A stretch of 11,990 bases of DNA from a bacterium (GTDB lineage: Bacteria > Zhuqueibacterota > Zhuqueibacteria > Oceanimicrobiales > Oceanimicrobiaceae), in NCBI GenBank assembly GCA_046758365.1, contig JBHIAC010000102.1, positions 1-11,990 of the forward strand, read 5' to 3'. Shown here piece after piece: positions 7,953 to 11,990 of this stretch (positions are counted from its first letter, which is position 1; each line of letters starts with the position of its first letter). The notes below the pieces were generated by a model. It had not been told where the DNA came from. It saw only the letters and a list, made by a program, of their open reading frames with translations, and did no database searches. The translations under genes and the position numbers were made by a program.

Positions 7953-9395
7953 TTATTTATTTTTCCGCCATTTGGTGATAAAATTTAAAAGGGCATTAAA
8001 GCGAATAAAGGTAGTTTCACGAATAGAGTAAAGGACTAATAGAATACCCCCTATACCGACCAATATGTTCGGGCTCCACATGGCTACAAATGGAGAGATA
8101 ATTCGTCTATCTGCCAAAAGTTCGCCTCCGATCAAACAAATCCAGTACAGAAGAAAAAATCCTAAACTAATACCTGCTCCAGCGCCCAGGCTGCCCTGAC
8201 GAGTCATAATGCCAAGTGGAGCACCAATGAGAACAAACACGATGCAGGCGGCAGGAATGGAATATTTCTTGTGAACTTCAACCCGATATCTATTAATTTC
8301 TTTTTCATAGAAATTTATCATATTAAAATCGGATCTAATGGTACGCAGAAATTGTTGATGTTCCAGCAGAATTCTATTAAGATTCCGCTGGAACGCTAAA
8401 TTTGAGTTTTTACTACTTAAATTTTGTAAAGGTTGTAGCTGCAGAAACCTGTCACCTATTTCCTTCCAATCATTAGATTGCACCAATAGATTATACAATT
8501 CAAGATTAAGCGGCACATATTTTGACAATTGCTTTATTATTTTCTTATTAAGTTTTTGTTCAACTTCTACCTTTCTTTTTCGGTTAGTCCGAATATCCGC
8601 CAACATTACGGCCGCGCTTTTTTCTCTATCTCCTCGATATTCTGATTGCGTACGTTTCAAAATTACTTCAGCCATGGGAATCTTAATCATATGTTTCGGA
8701 AACTTTAATCTTTTAAACGAGCCAGGTTCCTGGATGTTAACTTCCTGCATCTCGCCATCAAATAGAGTAATTTCAAGAAGCCCGGTATCCTGGTGGAGAA
8801 AAATTTCTCCTCGTTTGGCCATAATTGTATTGATGGCCTTGGGATCTGTTTGGTCATCGATGATAATTTCTTCTACATAGGATTTCGCGCCTTTCTCTTT
8901 AATCTTCTGGACTAAAAGATTATAATTAGGAATATCTGAATAAACAACTCCTGACTCAAGATTAATCATCGGTTTTTTTCTCGCGATATCCATAGCCAAA
9001 AGACGGGCACGGTGATTGAAATCGGGTAAGACATGGTTATTGAACCAAATTAAGGCTAAAGCTAAAAGTGTCGATACAATTATAACGGGTGGCAGTATTT
9101 GGTAAAGGCTTATACCACCCGCTTTAATAGCCGTGATTTCATTATCTGCTGAAAGACGACCAAAAGCCATCAAAGTAGCCGTGAGAACTGCCATGGGCAC
9201 GGCCAAGGCAATCATCCAGGCTAAATTCAAAAACAAAAATTCAAGAATGACACTAAGTGCAAGACCTTTGCTTAAAAATCTCCCTAACTCTCGAAAAAGC
9301 AAATTTAAAATAAAAATTAAAATAATTACAAGAAATCCGAAAAAGAACGGTCCTATGTGTTCTCGGATAATATATTTTGACAAAATCCAGGACAT
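7953..9395 (-). CDS. lptF: LPS export ABC transporter permease LptF (long form with a helical periplasmic insertion)
   Basis: ILSKYIIRE...PFFFG, GRLSADNEITAIKAGGISL, EVHKKYSIPAACIVFVLIGAPLG and ISPFVAMWSPN. It is the first gene of the tandem pair. Confidence 0.9.
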   Translation of the reverse strand: MSWILSKYIIREHIGPFFFGFLVIILIFILNLLFRELGRFLSKGLALSVILEFLFLNLAWMIALAVPMAVLTATLMAFGRLSADNEITAIKAGGISLYQILPPVIIVSTLLALALIWFNNHVLPDFNHRARLLAMDIARKKPMINLESGVVYSDIPNYNLLVQKIKEKGAKSYVEEIIIDDQTDPKAINTIMAKRGEIFLHQDTGLLEITLFDGEMQEVNIQEPGSFKRLKFPKHMIKIPMAEVILKRTQSEYRGDREKSAAVMLADIRTNRKRKVEVEQKLNKKIIKQLSKYVPLNLELYNLLVQSNDWKEIGDRFLQLQPLQNLSSKNSNLAFQRNLNRILLEHQQFLRTIRSDFNMINFYEKEINRYRVEVHKKYSIPAACIVFVLIGAPLGIMTRQGSLGAGAGISLGFFLLYWICLIGGELLADRRIISPFVAMWSPNILVGIGGILLVLYSIRETTFIRFNALLNFITKWRKNK

Positions 9396-9441
9396 AGTTC
9401 TTCAGTATGGTTAAATGTGCTCTACATAATAGCTCATTCAA

Positions 9442-9470
9442 AATATAACTATCAAGGTTTATTTTATCAA
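9442..9470 (-). promoter_or_regulatory. Sigma70-like promoter for lptFG
   Basis: Minus strand TTGATA (9470-9465)-N17-TATATT (9447-9442). A second TTGATA (9455-9450)-N18-TATTAT overlaps it. Confidence 0.55.
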
Positions 9471-9489
9471 GCGCTTTTATAATTTTTAC

Positions 9490-9518
9490 TTGCAATTTTT
9501 ATTTATATTATTTAATTT
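9490..9518 (+). promoter_or_regulatory. Sigma70-like promoter candidate for sprA
   Basis: TTGCAA (9490-9495)-N17-TAATTT (9513-9518), back-to-back with the lptFG promoter. The AT-rich background limits certainty. Confidence 0.45.
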
Positions 9519-9541
9519 TAAACGTTTGTTAACACTAAATA

Positions 9542-9646
9542 AAAAGCTGACCTTCTCATTTTTTAATACTAATCTTAAGTTGATAGGTTTAGGTAACTCA
9601 ATAAAAAAAATAACATACTCATAAACTCAAAAGAAGGTTAGCTTTT
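9542..9646. repeat. 15-bp long-range inverted repeat upstream of sprA
   Basis: AAAAGCTGACCTTCT (9542-9556) and AGAAGGTTAGCTTTT (9632-9646): 14 Watson-Crick pairs plus one G-U on the + strand RNA; 75-nt spacer. Confidence 0.65.
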
Positions 9647-9711
9647 GACTCATTTTACTTTATGAATAATTCCCAGGAGGCAGTATAGAAAGGTTGCTAC
9701 GGGTTTAGATG

Positions 9712-9792
9712 TTAATTAAACAAACGTCTTTTTATTTTTGATTAATTAATTGCACAGAAAATAATTTCGCCTTAAGCCGTTTGTTTTATTGA
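9712..9792. other. Extended stem-loop just upstream of the sprA start
   Basis: 9712-9730 pairs with 9774-9792 (core AAACAAACG/CGTTTGTTT). Inner stem TTATTTTTG (9732-9740) / CAGAAAATAA (9755-9764); palindromic ATTAATTAAT in the loop. Confidence 0.45.
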
Positions 9793-9814
9793 GTAATACT
9801 GTCTCTTACGGGTA

Positions 9815-11990
9815 ATGGATTCTTGCAAATATTGTTCATCGAAGAGCTTTAGTATATTTTTATTCAGCTTTTCGATTTTTTGGGGCATTATTTCTCCTGC
9901 TGTTAGTTCAGAAAAGGAAAATACCGCCTATACCCTCGGTTTCAAAGTTGCTTCCATAACTCCTTCTAATAATTTCTCCAACTACAGAATAAGACCTGCT
10001 GTCCTTTGCATGAGTGGTTATATTCCTGGCACAACACCAAAGCTTTATAAAAGGGTAAAACATCAAGTAGAAATCGAATCACTGCATTCCTATGTTATCG
10101 TCCGAGAAACTGTACTTGAGAACAATGTGCAATTACCCACCATTCTAACTTTTGAACAATACCTTGAAGTGGAACAGCAAGAGCATTTGGAGAGAACTTG
10201 GCAAATACATGTGGTTAGGCAATTTACTACGAAGGCTGAAAGGAGTAAGGGCTCAGGGGGTATTAATTTGGATATTCCAGTGAAGATTAAAAGCGGAGCC
10301 TTCCAAAAGATTTTTGGAGGGTCTACTGTGGGGCTTACCGTAACAGGTGACATAAGAATTCAAGCGGGAATCCGACGGGAAGACCGGAGTGAAGTTAGAA
10401 CAGCAATTACACGAGGAGCCAACACCAATTTTAAGATGCAGCAAACCCAGAGATTTACAGTTACAGGGAAAATCGGCGACAAGGTGACTGTAAATGTAGA
10501 CCAGGATAGTGAGCGTGCATTCGATTTTGATAACAACGTCCGTCTTAATTATCAGGGCTACGATGATGAAATCATCAAAAAAATTGAAGCTGGGAACATA
10601 ACGCTTTCTTTACCTGCCACACGCTTTGTGACTTTTAGCGGCCGAAATTCCGGTCTATTTGGAATTAAGACAGAAATGGCTTTGGGTAATCTAAACATAA
10701 CATCCATTGCCAGCCAGGAAAAAGGGGAGAGCCAAAAGCTTTCGCTCAAAGGTGGAGCGAAAGAAAGCACGCAAAAGCTACCCGATTATCGCTATCTGGA
10801 CCAAACTTACTTTTTTCTTGATTCACTCTATCGTGAACAATATCGCCACTTTGATAACAATGGAAATCACATATTTGGCCTGGTTAGTCCCATTTTGAGA
10901 GACTCCGTCGAAGTTTATAAAGCAGGGCCCCGCTACGACACAAAATTTCCAGATAAAAGCTTTCAGGCCTGGGCTGTATTTGATCCTACCAATCCTCCTC
11001 AGCCTCTCGTAGTAAAAACCGGTGAAGTAGAAGTTGGTCATTTTATCCGCCTGGAAAAATCCGAATATTATGTGGAGAATAATTTAGGTTTTATCCGAAT
11101 GAATACTCGGGTGGCCAATGATGAAATTATTGCGGTTGCCTATAAAACCACAGATGGCAGAACCATTGGTGATTTTAATTTTTCTCTAAACGATACCGTT
11201 TCTAAGACCATTACTCTTAAACTAATCAAACCTCGAAATCCAATACCTTCTAATAGAACGTGGGACCTCGCCTGGAAACACGTCTATTCCTTAGGTGGTC
11301 GTAACATTGATCAAGAAGGGCTGGAAATAAAAATATTCTTTAACCCTTCTTCAGGACCGGATCAGGAAACCGACAGTCAAGGCCGATGGTGGCTTGAAAT
11401 TTTTGGCCTGGATAAAAAGGACCAGCTTGGAAATACCCAGCCTGACGGTGTCATTGATCTGGATCAAAATATCTTAAATCTGGCAAGAGGAGAAATCCAT
11501 TTCCCAGATTTAAAACCATTTGACCCGGAAGGGATTTTTATTAACGGTCAACAACAACCAATACTTTTACCAGATGATAAGCGCACTGCAGTAATTTATG
11601 ACACCACCAATCAAAGTGTCATCAATGCCCAGAGCAAATTCTATATACAAGTGAAATCCAAAAACAGAAGCGCCAACTACAACTTAGGGTTCAATGTAAT
11701 CGAAGGTTCTGAGTTGGTCACCCTCAACGGTGAAGTGTTGCGTAGGGATGTTGATTATGTTATCGATTATTTTTCCGGAACTTTAACCATATTAGATGAA
11801 AGAGCTACGAATCCCTCGGCCAATGTTGATATTTCCTATGAACGAAACCAGCTTTTTCAATTGGAGAAAAAAACAATCTTAGGGGCCCGAGCTGAATATA
11901 ATTTAGGGGGAGAGTCATTCTTAGGAAGTACCTTTTTATTTTTGAACGAAAGTACTTTAGACCGAAAGGTACGTGTGGGTAAAGGTCCCA
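9815..11990 (+). CDS. sprA: Type IX secretion system outer-membrane translocon SprA/Sov, 5' part (725 codons, truncated by the window end)
   Basis: Manually translated frame +2 is open from ATG 9815 (upstream TAA at 9794-9796) to the end and begins with a signal-like segment. SprA motifs: VTGKIGDKVTVNVDQDSERAFDFDN, YQGYDDEIIKKIEAGNITLSLP, GLFGIKTEMALGNLNITSIASQEKG, LKLIKP...WDLAWKHVYSLG, GEIHFPDLKPF, YNLGFNVIEGSELVTLNG...DVDYVIDYFSG and KTILGARAEY...KVRVG. Confidence 0.95.
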   Translation, partial: MDSCKYCSSKSFSIFLFSFSIFWGIISPAVSSEKENTAYTLGFKVASITPSNNFSNYRIRPAVLCMSGYIPGTTPKLYKRVKHQVEIESLHSYVIVRETVLENNVQLPTILTFEQYLEVEQQEHLERTWQIHVVRQFTTKAERSKGSGGINLDIPVKIKSGAFQKIFGGSTVGLTVTGDIRIQAGIRREDRSEVRTAITRGANTNFKMQQTQRFTVTGKIGDKVTVNVDQDSERAFDFDNNVRLNYQGYDDEIIKKIEAGNITLSLPATRFVTFSGRNSGLFGIKTEMALGNLNITSIASQEKGESQKLSLKGGAKESTQKLPDYRYLDQTYFFLDSLYREQYRHFDNNGNHIFGLVSPILRDSVEVYKAGPRYDTKFPDKSFQAWAVFDPTNPPQPLVVKTGEVEVGHFIRLEKSEYYVENNLGFIRMNTRVANDEIIAVAYKTTDGRTIGDFNFSLNDTVSKTITLKLIKPRNPIPSNRTWDLAWKHVYSLGGRNIDQEGLEIKIFFNPSSGPDQETDSQGRWWLEIFGLDKKDQLGNTQPDGVIDLDQNILNLARGEIHFPDLKPFDPEGIFINGQQQPILLPDDKRTAVIYDTTNQSVINAQSKFYIQVKSKNRSANYNLGFNVIEGSELVTLNGEVLRRDVDYVIDYFSGTLTILDERATNPSANVDISYERNQLFQLEKKTILGARAEYNLGGESFLGSTFLFLNESTLDRKVRVGKGP

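Noticed and set aside
4792..9495. Short alternative-frame ORFs overlapping the lipoprotein, barrel, lptG, lptF and the lptF promoter
   Set aside because: They overlap well-supported genes and show no recognisable features.
10090..11041. Five short ORFs listed in the sprA region
   Set aside because: All lie inside the continuous frame +2 sprA reading frame.

Overview
An AT-rich bacterial chromosomal window, most likely from a non-Bacteroidota member or relative of the FCB group such as KSB1 or Calditrichota. This assignment is inferred from a T9SS sprA gene together with classical AGGAG ribosome-binding sites and sigma70-like promoters. From left to right: a decayed MNT-HEPN toxin-antitoxin pair (nonsense codon in the MNT; putative HEPN reduced to 30 aa), abutting a SAM-cycle operon (metK, ahcY) with an intrinsic terminator and a C-rich tandem repeat. 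Next is an uncharacterised two-gene unit: a 692-aa probable lipoprotein with four ~135-aa beta-rich repeats and a PorV/FadL/TraF-like outer-membrane barrel. A hairpin-rich convergent spacer follows, then lptF-lptG on the minus strand and a divergent promoter region with long inverted repeats. The window ends in the first 725 codons of sprA, which the ORF track misses because it runs off the edge. The best candidate for an undescribed system is the repeat lipoprotein plus barrel pair next to lptFG and sprA.
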